This document shows, piece by piece, positions 29,606 through 39,439 of a stretch of 64,000 bases of DNA. A model generated the notes under the pieces. That model was given only the letters and a program-made list of their open reading frames with translations. It was not told where the DNA came from and searched no databases. Position numbers and translations under genes: made by a program. Source of the stretch: an uncultured Ignavibacteria bacterium (GTDB taxonomy: Bacteria; Zixibacteria; MSB-5A5; WJJR01; JAJRUJ01). The stretch is from the NCBI GenBank assembly GCA_964461835.1, contig CAYWVO010000010.1:2775-66774 (forward strand), given 5' to 3'. The stretch's first letter is position 1; each line of letters begins with the position of its first letter.

Positions 29606-30064
29606 TTACGCTTCGGTTGATCGGGAACGGAGGTCCAGCAGCTCGGGCTTCTGCGCTGCATGCGGGTGATTCGGGCCGGCGTATACTTTCAATTTTGAAA
29701 ACAACTGCCGCCCCAGTCGACTTTTGGGCAACATGCCTTTGACGGCATGGCGGATGATCGCCTCGGGCCGTCGCTGCCTCAGCCGCCGCAGGGGTTCATA
29801 CCGACCGCCGCCCGGATAGCCGGTATAATGAAAATACGTCTTCCGTTCTTCCTTGGCGCCGGTCAGCCGCACCTTCTCAGCATTGATTACGATCACAAAA
29901 TCGCCGGTGTCCATATGCGGAGTAAAATATGGTTTCTCCTTGCCCCGCAAGACCCGGGCTACCCGGCTTGCCAGCCGTCCCAGTACCTGGCCTTTGGCGT
30001 CTACGACATACCAGCGGCGATTAACCGATTCTTTCTTCGGGATAACTGTCCTGGTTTTCATCAT
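29606..30064 (-). CDS. rplM: 50S ribosomal protein L13
   Basis: [54 protein letters not shown]. Confidence 0.96.
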   Translation of the reverse strand: MMKTRTVIPKKESVNRRWYVVDAKGQVLGRLASRVARVLRGKEKPYFTPHMDTGDFVIVINAEKVRLTGAKEERKTYFHYTGYPGGGRYEPLRRLRQRRPEAIIRHAVKGMLPKSRLGRQLFSKLKVYAGPNHPHAAQKPELLDLRSRSTEA

Positions 30065-30125
30065 CTATCTCCGTTGGCCGACTGCCGACTATTTTCTCAA
30101 CCAGCCGATCGGGCGCAAGTTTACC

Positions 30126-30153
30126 AATTTACACCCTCATACGCATTTGTCAA
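30126..30153 (-). promoter_or_regulatory. Putative sigma70-type promoter of rplM-rpsI
   Basis: On the minus strand: TTGACA (30153..30148), 16-nt spacer, TAAATT (30131..30126), about 60 nt upstream of the rplM ATG at 30064. Confidence 0.4.
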
Positions 30154-30204
30154 GAATACAATTGGGATATTTTGCCACCGCCGATCAGCCAATGCTTTGC
30201 TGAG

Positions 30205-31098
30205 TTATCGGTGAGTGGAGGAAGATTGTTGAGCGCCCGCTTCCGGCACGGGAGGCGGTTCCTCACCCTGCCGACAGGCCTGGATGAAATTGAGCAGGTA
30301 CTCCCGGTATGGGGCACCCCCAGCCTCGAAAATATTGTTATGGGCTGCCCGGGCAACAGCATAAAACCGTTTGGGCTCCGGTGCAGCCCGGAAAAGCGCC
30401 TGACCGTCCCTAAACGGCACCGTCTCATCTTGTTGACCGTGGACGATCAATACCGGGCAGCGGGCCTTTTTGATCCGTGTAAGGTTATCGAACCGGTAGG
30501 TCATAAACCACCACAGCGGCAGATACGGGATAATACGTCGCGCCATTGCATCAGCGGAAATAAATGCCGACTCCAGAACCACTCCCGCAAGGTCATTCTG
30601 CGCGGCCAAGTGTGTGGCCACCGTGCCTCCGATAGATTGGCCATAGGCAACAATCGAGGAAAGTGGAACATCTTGCGTCTTCTGCAACCAAGCAAGCACA
30701 GCGTCGCCGTCGGCATATATGCCCTTCTCTGACGGTTTACCGGTCGACCCGCCGTAGCCTCGATAGTTAACTCCTAGCACTCCATAGCCTGCTTCAGCTA
30801 GTGGAGCCAAAACAGCGGCACGATCGGCTATCGTTCCGCTGTTGCCGCTGAAAAAGAGCACGGTCGCGCTGTTGTCATCCTGCGGCGCATACCACCAGCA
30901 GACCAAAACTTCGTCATCGGCGGTACTGATCTCAACTTCGGAAAAACCGGCCAGGAAATTGGGGCCAGTGCGCGTGGGATCGGGCCAGAAACTCATGCGT
31001 CGCTGCGCCCAGAGCACCCACAGTTGCAGGGCGGCGATCAGGGCAACTCCCACGACCAGCCAGACAATCAATGACATCCAACCTCCTCGCCATCGCAC
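30205..31098 (-). CDS. Alpha/beta-fold hydrolase with N-terminal membrane anchor
   Basis: N-terminal TM LIVWLVVGVALIAALQLWVLW. Nucleophile elbow GQSIGG, later HGQQDETVP (Asp) and ARAAHNN (His). Confidence 0.8.
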   Translation of the reverse strand: MRWRGGWMSLIVWLVVGVALIAALQLWVLWAQRRMSFWPDPTRTGPNFLAGFSEVEISTADDEVLVCWWYAPQDDNSATVLFFSGNSGTIADRAAVLAPLAEAGYGVLGVNYRGYGGSTGKPSEKGIYADGDAVLAWLQKTQDVPLSSIVAYGQSIGGTVATHLAAQNDLAGVVLESAFISADAMARRIIPYLPLWWFMTYRFDNLTRIKKARCPVLIVHGQQDETVPFRDGQALFRAAPEPKRFYAVARAAHNNIFEAGGAPYREYLLNFIQACRQGEEPPPVPEAGAQQSSSTHR

Positions 31099-31190
31099 GG
31101 ACTACAAACTCCCATAATGATGGAATAATGACGCGAAGAAGGAAAGCAAAACCGACCTCGGGAAGTCAGAAACTGCGCCAAACGCCACCG

Positions 31191-34007
31191 CTACTTCATC
31201 AACACCATGGTCTTCGACTGTCGGACACCTTGATCATTGTGGATGACGGCAAAATACACGCCGGAACTCACCGGGTTGCCCCGGTTGTCGGTGCCGTCCC
31301 AGGTATACCGATGCATTCCAGACTCCGCCACGCCTACATAGATCGTGGTCACCCGGCGACCAAGAACATCGTAGACCACGAGGGTGACCTCCTCGGCGGC
31401 AGAGGTTACCGAGAATTCAATGATTGTCTCAGCATTGAATGGATTTGGGTAATTCTGGCGCAGGTGAAACGTACCCGGCACTGCATTGGTGTCGGTAAAC
31501 TCAAACTCTTCCTCGGTGTCCAGAATACCGGTGCTGAGATTTACCAGCCACTCCAATACACGCGACAGCGCCTGCTCCCGGGTGAAAATACCGTATTGAG
31601 TCAATTCGGAATTGACTGCCTCAAAGCCAAATCCCCAGAACACAACCTTGAATCCATCACGAGCGAGGGTCACCGCGCCGATCTGATCGGTGGGCTGTCC
31701 AGGTTCGAACGACGCATTGTAATACATGCTGGGGAGTGTACCCGTTTCCGGAAGAAGGATATCTGAGCTCTGCTGGTTGGCTGCCGTACCGGGTCCCCCC
31801 AGGAGGAGGGACATTTCATCGGCGACCGGATCACCGGCCAGGCCGTGTACGCCGATACCCTCCCGGCTGTCAAAGTAACGCACACCAAGATATTCTTTCA
31901 TAAATGTGGAATCTGCACTGGCGGAGAGGGTTTGGGCGATATCCTGCCCGGTCATAAACAGACTCCCCCCACCATCGAGGTACCCGGTCAGGGCATCGAT
32001 ATCGGCCGAGTGCAGGATTGTTTCCGTACGCGGTTTTCCCGTAAACCAGAGGACCATCGGGTACCCCGCCAGCGTTGCGGCAGAGGGTGAGCCCTGGCTG
32101 AATTTATCATGCACCGCGTACGGGACACGGAGTCCTTCCAGCGCATCAGTATAGTAGTGGGCGTAATTGGAATTGAGGTGACGGTTATCGTCGTCAACTA
32201 CCAACACTTGCTTGGGACCGAGGTCGACACTCAGCGTTTCGGCAAAGGTGAATTCGCCACCTTCAGCGGAGTAGGTAATGATGAACTCAGTTATTTCCGG
32301 CTGGATACCCGCCGCCACGGAAAAAACGACCGGGTCTTCGAAGTTGAGATAGGGGTCACCGGATTCCATGAGTGGAATCGTGTATTGCGCGGTACTGAAT
32401 TGCACGGCGGGATGTTCGCAGGTGACTGTGACCTCAACATCGGACGTGGTTTTCCAGACATTGCGACTGGTAATCAACATATCGACGGTTTCACCCGGAT
32501 CGGGGGTCCCATCGTTGTCACCACCGGCAAGATCGTCGAACACGTGGCTGATATATTCAATGCGCGGACGCGAGAATCGCACATCCAGATTGGCGGTCAT
32601 CGTGGCGCCCGGTGCGGAAATATTCCAGACTGCCACCTCGGTAATGATACCACTATAGCCGCGCGAGCTGGGTTCGGTCAAATCATCAAATTCAATGGTT
32701 TGGTCGGTGTAAAGGTCCTGATTATCGCCGGTATTGGTATAACTTTCGAGGTCATAGTCACCATCCGCCTGCACTACCGCCGCCAGGTAGTGTTGGCTTG
32801 GGTCGCCGATACCGGGGATGTATTCCTGATTATTTACGGTACTATATAATTTTGATTCATCAATGCGCATAATCAGCAGGCCCGATCCGGGTAGCTCCGA
32901 ATCGAAACCGGTCGCATAGCGATTAGCCACTAGAAAATATTCACTGCTGGGCAAACCCGGAATCCAGAGACGGAAGACATCCGGCGACGTCGCAAACGCC
33001 GAAATTTCCTGATTCACCCGGTTGGTCTGCACCGCATCGACCGTGACCCAGCCCAACACCGATTTACACCAGGGGTCGAAGTGCGCGGGAGTATTGGAAT
33101 TATCCAGGTAATTACCGCTACCCATAATCGACCAGGAGCCGACGCCGTAGGAAGAACCATCGAGATCATACAAGTCCGGCAAACCGAAAATATGTCCCCA
33201 CTCATGGCAGAGCGTGCCAATACCATTGACCCCGCCACCGGCAAACGAGCCATGTTCTTCCGGCTGCACGGTGTAATTGAAGATTCGTGCACCATCGAGA
33301 AAAAGAGGCTGATCCCCAGGGATTTGCCACTGGTGTGATTGCATGGCGGTCGAGTCGGCAGATTCTTCGAAACCATATCCCGCCACGATAAGCATGACCC
33401 CATCCACTTCGTTGTCACCATTGAGATCGTATTGTGAAAAATCTACTAAGGCGTCTGCGGCGTTACATGCATCTTTTGCCATCGTCTGGGAATTTGGTTC
33501 ATCGCCAAGCCCTATCGCGTCGCCAACATAGTAGGAATACGGTTCCGGCATCATAATCGGACCATAGACGTCACCGGTTATATCTACAGCACCGTAAGAA
33601 GCTTCCCGGTAGTATTCACGCATGCTGCCGGTGGGGAATTCGCCAACCGAGAACAGCATGCTGTCGATATAGCCGACACTGGTACTGACGTCCCCGTCCG
33701 CCCAGAGATTGTCGGAAAACTCCAGCAGGAGACACGGTATTCGGGTTGCGAAGCCATCTGAGGTCTGATTGACACCGGCGGCCAGGGTATTCTTGCCCGG
33801 CAGCCGGTGTGCATCCATTCCGGCAGCACGGGCTTTCAGGATAATCTCTTTGGTGCGTTCCCACCGACCATCTTCTTTGAGGGCCTGTTTGACATCTGGA
33901 TGAATATCCACTGCGAGCGCAGCGTGGGGTATGGCGAAAGCAATCGCCAAGAGCGCAATCGCCGCCATGGCGAGCTGCGCGATCCGAGAGCGTGTATCGT
34001 TTTCCAT
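31191..34007 (-). CDS. M6-family (immune-inhibitor-A-like) metalloprotease with T9SS-type C-terminal sorting domain
   Basis: ATG 34007 (MENDTRSRIAQLAMAAIALLAIAFAIPHAALA) lies 14 nt after the upstream stop; the track start at 34130 would overlap that gene. Zinc motif GTLCHEWGHIFGLPDLYD. C-terminal NYPNPFNAETIIEF...VVYDVLGRRV...SGVYFAVI...KTMVLMK. Confidence 0.85.
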   Translation of the reverse strand: MENDTRSRIAQLAMAAIALLAIAFAIPHAALAVDIHPDVKQALKEDGRWERTKEIILKARAAGMDAHRLPGKNTLAAGVNQTSDGFATRIPCLLLEFSDNLWADGDVSTSVGYIDSMLFSVGEFPTGSMREYYREASYGAVDITGDVYGPIMMPEPYSYYVGDAIGLGDEPNSQTMAKDACNAADALVDFSQYDLNGDNEVDGVMLIVAGYGFEESADSTAMQSHQWQIPGDQPLFLDGARIFNYTVQPEEHGSFAGGGVNGIGTLCHEWGHIFGLPDLYDLDGSSYGVGSWSIMGSGNYLDNSNTPAHFDPWCKSVLGWVTVDAVQTNRVNQEISAFATSPDVFRLWIPGLPSSEYFLVANRYATGFDSELPGSGLLIMRIDESKLYSTVNNQEYIPGIGDPSQHYLAAVVQADGDYDLESYTNTGDNQDLYTDQTIEFDDLTEPSSRGYSGIITEVAVWNISAPGATMTANLDVRFSRPRIEYISHVFDDLAGGDNDGTPDPGETVDMLITSRNVWKTTSDVEVTVTCEHPAVQFSTAQYTIPLMESGDPYLNFEDPVVFSVAAGIQPEITEFIITYSAEGGEFTFAETLSVDLGPKQVLVVDDDNRHLNSNYAHYYTDALEGLRVPYAVHDKFSQGSPSAATLAGYPMVLWFTGKPRTETILHSADIDALTGYLDGGGSLFMTGQDIAQTLSASADSTFMKEYLGVRYFDSREGIGVHGLAGDPVADEMSLLLGGPGTAANQQSSDILLPETGTLPSMYYNASFEPGQPTDQIGAVTLARDGFKVVFWGFGFEAVNSELTQYGIFTREQALSRVLEWLVNLSTGILDTEEEFEFTDTNAVPGTFHLRQNYPNPFNAETIIEFSVTSAAEEVTLVVYDVLGRRVTTIYVGVAESGMHRYTWDGTDNRGNPVSSGVYFAVIHNDQGVRQSKTMVLMK

Positions 34008-34021
34008 AGTATACTTGTCGG

Positions 34022-36964
34022 CTACTTGAGCAGAACCATTTTGCGGGTCTTGGTCATTGATTTGGTGCTGACCCGCGTGAAGTAAATGCCCGAGGAGAGT
34101 GCCCGGCCCTGATCGTCTCTTCCCATCCACCGTATCACATGCCTCCCCGCCGGGCGATAGTCATTCAGCAGGAGGCTCACGCGCCGCCCCAACACATCAT
34201 AGACCGCGACAGAAACCTGCCCCCCGACGGACGTCTCAAAAGAAATACGCGTATCCGGGTTGAAGGGGTTTGGATAATTCTGGTATAAGACTAATTCCGG
34301 AGCATCAGGAATGACATCTTCTTCGTCAGTAAGACCGGTGGCCATGGCGTAGCGATCCCGCGCCGCAGCCGCGGCTTGATAAAATTCATCAATTGTCGTC
34401 CCCGAGCAGAGCGCGAAGGCCACAATCGCCGAATCACCCGGCGCCAGGTCGTATGGTCCCATCACCACCGTGCCGCACCAGTCGGCGGCACGTTGGGGCG
34501 CTTCGATTACGCCGGTATATTGCAGCATTTGCTGTTTTTCGAAACTGCTGAAGGTACGCTTGCCGGCTCCGTTTTCGTAGAAGTTAACTGTTTGCATCGA
34601 CCGGTTCAGGGCTACCACCCCTACCAGTGCTTCAACATCCAGGCGATATTGATAGTATAGATTTTCCTCCGCGTTAACCTGAATCAGATCCTGTTGAAAG
34701 GCACCGGGGATATCCCAGTCAGAGAAAAACCCGACGGTCAGATCGTCGAGCCCATGTTCACTTTCGTTGAAAATCGTCCACTCAATAAGGATGGCCCCAT
34801 CCGCCGCCGAGCCCGATAACATGACCGCTTCCTGCCGTACCGATACGCCGAGGGGATGTACGGCGTCAGCATCGTCAAATAGAGCCGATAGCGTTTCCCC
34901 ACCCGCGGTATTTAAACTAACGGCTTCGTCGATACCCAGCGCGAGCGGTTTGAAATCGCCGTCGTGGGTACCAGGATCATCATTGCGCAGCTCATCTACC
35001 ACAATACCACCGGCGCCTAGCACTAATCCCGCTTCATAGAGAAAATTACTGCCGGTATGTTCATGGTGATAGCCAATACCGCCGACCGGGACATTCGAGG
35101 ACTCGTGCAATCCAATTAAGCCAAAATTGGAGAGCGTCACGCCGACGGTGCCGTTATGCAGATTATCCCACTTGCCGTTGTAGGGAATTCCGGCAACCAT
35201 AGCCAGATCTTCGCGTAATACACCGGCGATCTTTGGACCGGAGACCGCAAGCGTGAACGCCAGAGAATCTCCAATCGCTATTTGATCGCTCAGGGTAAGA
35301 TCGAAGGCACCCTGTGCTAAAGCGTCGCCTTGCTCGTCAAAAACCAAAATAACTGAATCATTTGAAATGTTCACTGCTGAGTTCTGGGAACTCAACCGGG
35401 CGGTGACCTGCGCGCCGGGTTCAAACAAACCTTGTACGGTAAGCTGCAATGTCCCCTGATCCCCTGAGTCGAACAGGTTGTTTTGTCCGTCCTGGAAAAC
35501 AACGTTTGAGACGGTTAACTCCGGATTCTGCGGCGCGGGCAACAACTCGAATGCCGCGGCGAGATCAATCATTCCCATGCCGGATTCGTTATCCTCGCCC
35601 GGATCTTCAATATCAATCGCCGACAGCAGCAAGGCCGATTTCATCTGCTCCGGGGTTAGATCAGGATTGTATTGACGGAACAAGGCGATGGCCGCCGCGA
35701 CATGGGGTGCAGCCATCGACGTGCCGTTGATCAGCTTGTAGGTGCCGTCTTTGTAGGAAGAACGAATTCCCACGCCCGGTGCGACGATTTCGGGCTTTTT
35801 GACGCTGAAATCACAGGTGGACGGGCCACGGGAGGAGAAATCGGGAACACGCAGGCCCAGATCAACGGTATTGACTGCTCCGACAGCAAATGAATTACTT
35901 GGAGAACTGGCGCGAGTTGCCGGGTTACGAATCGTTTCCGAGTTTGGCCCCTCGTTCCCGGCGGCGAAGACACAAACTATTCCCAGCGCTTCCAGGTTAT
36001 CGATTGCATCCCAGAATTTTTCGTCACACGGTTTCATGAAGCCCTTGGGAATGCCCCAGGAGTTGCAAATGACATCGGGCACGTCGTCCATCGTTACCGG
36101 ATCACCGTCCGGATTTGCTGCCCACTCAAAGGCGGATAAAATATCACTAATCGTTTGCGAAAGCGTCCGTCCACGGTCAATAACCCCGGCGGTCATCCAG
36201 CGTGCACCCGGAGCGACACCAATCGTGTCAGCGCCGTCGTGGCCGACCATGATTCCCATCACATGCGTGCCGTGGCCGCTGGCGTCGTTCGGTTCGGTTG
36301 ACGCCCGAGGATCAAACCAGCCAAGCTCGGTGTTGCCATCATGACCTTTCCACGTATTGACAAGGGCCGGATGGTCACCGTCAACACCGGTATCGATACT
36401 GCAAATGAGTCGGCCATCGCCAGTCAGTCCCCGATTCCAGAGCGCGCGGACGCCGACGGCTTCCAGATTTTCGGCCGCACCCTCGGCGGATTCCGCCGCA
36501 CTGAGTGCGACCGGCGCAATCAACTCGACTGGAATATCCGCTGCAACTTCGGCGACACCCTTCAGCTTCCTGAGAAGCGCAATCTCTGACGCCCTTCCGC
36601 GAACCTGGATGACATTCGAGATCCAGAATTGCCTGACCGAAACCAGTTCTCCCCGGCTCAAGCGAGAGCGGAGTTCTTGCATGATATGTTCCTGCGCGTC
36701 GGCAGTTTCGGTCTGCAGAATGTGCATCGCTGTTGCATAGCGACTCTTTGCCGTACTTTGCTGGTGAGCGCGCTGGAGCGCCCGGTAGCCGATATCGTTG
36801 GTTTTGTCGACAACCAGCAAGGCAGTGACTGTGTCGGTTGGTGCAGCCTGGGCCAGCAGGTTTTGCAGCGGTGCATCGATGGTTGCGGCTGACGCCGGTG
36901 GGACAGTGAGAATGCAACAACTTGCAAGAGAAACGGTGGCGGCAAATCTAATTATTTGAGTCAT
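34022..36964 (-). CDS. S8-family subtilisin-like serine peptidase with T9SS-type C-terminal sorting domain
   Basis: Catalytic triad contexts SIDTGVDGDHPAL (Asp), SGHGTHVMGI (His), NGTSMAAPHVAAA (Ser). C-terminal NYPNPFNPDTRISF...VYDVLGRRV...SGIYFTRV...KMVLLK. ATG 36964 (GGAAGAAGG SD-like upstream, MTQIIRFAATVSLASCCILTVPPASA) is preferred over the TTG at 37015. Confidence 0.88.
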   Translation of the reverse strand: MTQIIRFAATVSLASCCILTVPPASAATIDAPLQNLLAQAAPTDTVTALLVVDKTNDIGYRALQRAHQQSTAKSRYATAMHILQTETADAQEHIMQELRSRLSRGELVSVRQFWISNVIQVRGRASEIALLRKLKGVAEVAADIPVELIAPVALSAAESAEGAAENLEAVGVRALWNRGLTGDGRLICSIDTGVDGDHPALVNTWKGHDGNTELGWFDPRASTEPNDASGHGTHVMGIMVGHDGADTIGVAPGARWMTAGVIDRGRTLSQTISDILSAFEWAANPDGDPVTMDDVPDVICNSWGIPKGFMKPCDEKFWDAIDNLEALGIVCVFAAGNEGPNSETIRNPATRASSPSNSFAVGAVNTVDLGLRVPDFSSRGPSTCDFSVKKPEIVAPGVGIRSSYKDGTYKLINGTSMAAPHVAAAIALFRQYNPDLTPEQMKSALLLSAIDIEDPGEDNESGMGMIDLAAAFELLPAPQNPELTVSNVVFQDGQNNLFDSGDQGTLQLTVQGLFEPGAQVTARLSSQNSAVNISNDSVILVFDEQGDALAQGAFDLTLSDQIAIGDSLAFTLAVSGPKIAGVLREDLAMVAGIPYNGKWDNLHNGTVGVTLSNFGLIGLHESSNVPVGGIGYHHEHTGSNFLYEAGLVLGAGGIVVDELRNDDPGTHDGDFKPLALGIDEAVSLNTAGGETLSALFDDADAVHPLGVSVRQEAVMLSGSAADGAILIEWTIFNESEHGLDDLTVGFFSDWDIPGAFQQDLIQVNAEENLYYQYRLDVEALVGVVALNRSMQTVNFYENGAGKRTFSSFEKQQMLQYTGVIEAPQRAADWCGTVVMGPYDLAPGDSAIVAFALCSGTTIDEFYQAAAAARDRYAMATGLTDEEDVIPDAPELVLYQNYPNPFNPDTRISFETSVGGQVSVAVYDVLGRRVSLLLNDYRPAGRHVIRWMGRDDQGRALSSGIYFTRVSTKSMTKTRKMVLLK

Positions 36965-37380
36965 AAGATTTTCCCTTCTTCCACCGTCTCTTCTGCGCAA
37001 ACTCAGTGCCGCCAATTAGCGGCGCCGACAAATTCCTCAGTTAATTCCCGCTCACCGGAGCTTCTGGAAAACTGTTCTCATTGTGTTAAGCTACAACGAG
37101 TTACAAATCCAGCACTTGTCCGGTGAGTTTTGATGGTTCGATCCACTTGTGCAGGTGAGTCTGCGGTCCGTTCGCCCAGTGCAGTTTCATGCGCATGTGG
37201 TCCTTCATCTGCAAATCCCTGCGCGCATGAGGCGGTTGCTCGATATGGATGCGGCCACAGAACAGCACCGCCGGGAGAACGAGATGTCTACTGTGATGCA
37301 CCATAGCCCCTTCCGGACCTCGCCCAAAGATAGTGATTTGAGGATGGTTTGACAAGAAATCAATCACCCGGAGAGTACCA

Positions 37381-37418
37381 CAAAAATAACCCGGCCCCTT
37401 CGGGGATTGGGGCCGGGT
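37381..37418 (-). terminator. Rho-independent terminator of gene 37445..39148
   Basis: Minus-strand RNA reads ACCCGGCCCC-(10-nt loop)-GGGGCCGGGU (perfect 10-bp stem), followed by UAUUUUUG. It lies 27 nt after the stop at 37445. Confidence 0.8.
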
Positions 37419-37444
37419 CCACAGGAGTAGAGCGCGGTTGAGTT

Positions 37445-39148
37445 CTATTTCATGAGTAACATCTTGCGGCTCTGGATCCTATCGCTTAGAACCAGCCGGT
37501 AAAAATACACGCCACTGGCCAGGGCAGCACCGGTTTCCGAGCGACCATCCCAGCGAACAGCATGGGTTCCGGCATCACGGAAACCGAGATCGAACGTGCG
37601 CACGGTTTGCCCCAGGACATTGTAAATAATCAAATCAACGTGATCGCGGCTGGGCATCGTAAACTGAATTGTTGTCTCCGGATTGAACGGATTCGGGTAG
37701 TTCTGGGCCAGTTCGAATTCCTGGGGTATGCCGTTCTCTTCTTCTTCCAGCACTGAGGTCGGGATGGTGTAAATGGTCCGGATCATCCAGTCGGCATACG
37801 GCCAACTGGTCCAGCCTTGGGAGCGATCGTACCAGTACGAGCGTCCGTCCGCTTGCGTCGTGTCGGCGCCAACACCGGGCGCAGTTGGTGAATCGGCCAG
37901 CCACTGCAATACGACATAGTAATGGCCGGCACTGATAATCGGTTGTGCCGCTTCCGGGATTTCAATTTCTGCCCACCCGGGGCCGTCATCCGCACTGATC
38001 GTAAACGGTCCGGCAAAGGGGTCACCGGGTTGACTCATCCCGGCACGCGTTATAGATACTTGGAACGGCGACGTGTCGTCTACGTACACGCGCAATTTCG
38101 TAACCCGGATCGGATAGGTCGGCGGTGTAAAGAGCGTGGCGAATGAATTGTCATTGCCCGCGATATCCGAAACAATCAGAAACTGGGACGGCCAGCCATT
38201 ATCATATTGTAACTGATTCCCGGCTAAGGTAGTGAATTGGTGTGGCGCTGCCTTGCCGGCGGCCGGCTCGGTGGATTTATTACCAGCCGGTGAGCTGTCG
38301 ATGGCTTCGATGTAGTATTTGACCGTGCTCATCGACGGCTGTGCCGGGATGCCCGCCGAGTATAAGCCGGCAACCAGGCTCATTGGTATTTTTTGATAAT
38401 TGTTGCCACCATCGGTGGAAAAATAGAGGTACACACCTTGAATCCCGGTGGCATCGGCAATCCCCGCAGTAATAATCGATTGTCCATCGGAGGCGTAGGC
38501 CTCATCATCCGGATAATGTTCGATCGTCGGTGCCAGGACATCGGCGCCGTATGGCTTCACAAAGGCGCGAATATTCATGTCCACGTCCTCGACCCAATCC
38601 CAGGCTTGTGTTGGGCCTTTGTACCACGAACGGCCGGTCCCGCCATCAGCGTCACCCGTGAGGTGCGGTGAATTTGCATTGAGATTTTTGATGGCAACGA
38701 AAAAATCGTCGCTGCCAACATCGAGCGGCACATCAAATTCCACCGCCTGTCGGGAAGCGTCGCCGGCAGCGGGGAACGGTATTGTGGAGGTTAACGCCTC
38801 TGTCGGACCATTTGCGCTGTCGCCGGCGTAAACAGTCAAGCCAACATCACCGGCCGTGCCTGTTTCGCTATAGGTGGTCAATTCGAAGTATACCAGCGAA
38901 CAGGCCTGCGGAGGAGTGAACCGCACCGCCCATTCGGCATCAATCGAGTCCAAAGAGGGAAAATAGTAGTACGGATCGGAATCATACGAGAGCCGCGTTT
39001 CGCCTGCCGTCACCGACAATTTCAGTTCCGGGGCGGCAACTGCTGGGTGATCAGCTTTTGGGGCAACAACTTCGCCACCATCCAAACTCAGGCCAAACGC
39101 CGGCATGCTGAAGACGAAGACACAAAGACAAATAATAACAGTACGCAT
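37445..39148 (-). CDS. Secreted protein of unknown function with T9SS-type C-terminal sorting domain
   Basis: Signal peptide MRTVIICLCVFVFSMPAFG. Two internally similar beta-rich halves. C-terminal NYPNPFNPETTIQF...IIYNVLGQTV...SGVYFYRL...KMLLMK. Confidence 0.8.
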   Translation of the reverse strand: MRTVIICLCVFVFSMPAFGLSLDGGEVVAPKADHPAVAAPELKLSVTAGETRLSYDSDPYYYFPSLDSIDAEWAVRFTPPQACSLVYFELTTYSETGTAGDVGLTVYAGDSANGPTEALTSTIPFPAAGDASRQAVEFDVPLDVGSDDFFVAIKNLNANSPHLTGDADGGTGRSWYKGPTQAWDWVEDVDMNIRAFVKPYGADVLAPTIEHYPDDEAYASDGQSIITAGIADATGIQGVYLYFSTDGGNNYQKIPMSLVAGLYSAGIPAQPSMSTVKYYIEAIDSSPAGNKSTEPAAGKAAPHQFTTLAGNQLQYDNGWPSQFLIVSDIAGNDNSFATLFTPPTYPIRVTKLRVYVDDTSPFQVSITRAGMSQPGDPFAGPFTISADDGPGWAEIEIPEAAQPIISAGHYYVVLQWLADSPTAPGVGADTTQADGRSYWYDRSQGWTSWPYADWMIRTIYTIPTSVLEEEENGIPQEFELAQNYPNPFNPETTIQFTMPSRDHVDLIIYNVLGQTVRTFDLGFRDAGTHAVRWDGRSETGAALASGVYFYRLVLSDRIQSRKMLLMK

Positions 39149-39439
39149 TATGATCTACCCCCTGATTTCGGGTCATCTCTATAGCCACTTGCCATTTGCG
39201 CAAGCATCATGCCGAAAGCCCAAGCAATAACGCGGGCCAAGTCACCGGACAGCCTCTCGGCCGCAACTCGCTGGCGAGAACGAGGTTTGAGACATCTCTG
39301 GTCGGGATTGCGTCCTGGTTTTCCGCCCCGTCCCACCGAAATTCTGCAAGTAGATGCATAAGTAGTTGTGCAAAGCGACGGAATATCACATTGTAAGGAA
39401 TAGAGAAACCGGGGGGCGTTTTTCGTTTACGATACTAAT

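Noticed and set aside
37101-37367. 88-aa minus-strand ORF in the gap between the 37389..37418 terminator and the S8 gene
   Set aside because: It has a GTG start without an SD, and its His/Arg-rich sequence has no recognisable family. It occupies the region that must hold the S8 promoter. It could be a gene remnant, but I cannot support it as a CDS.
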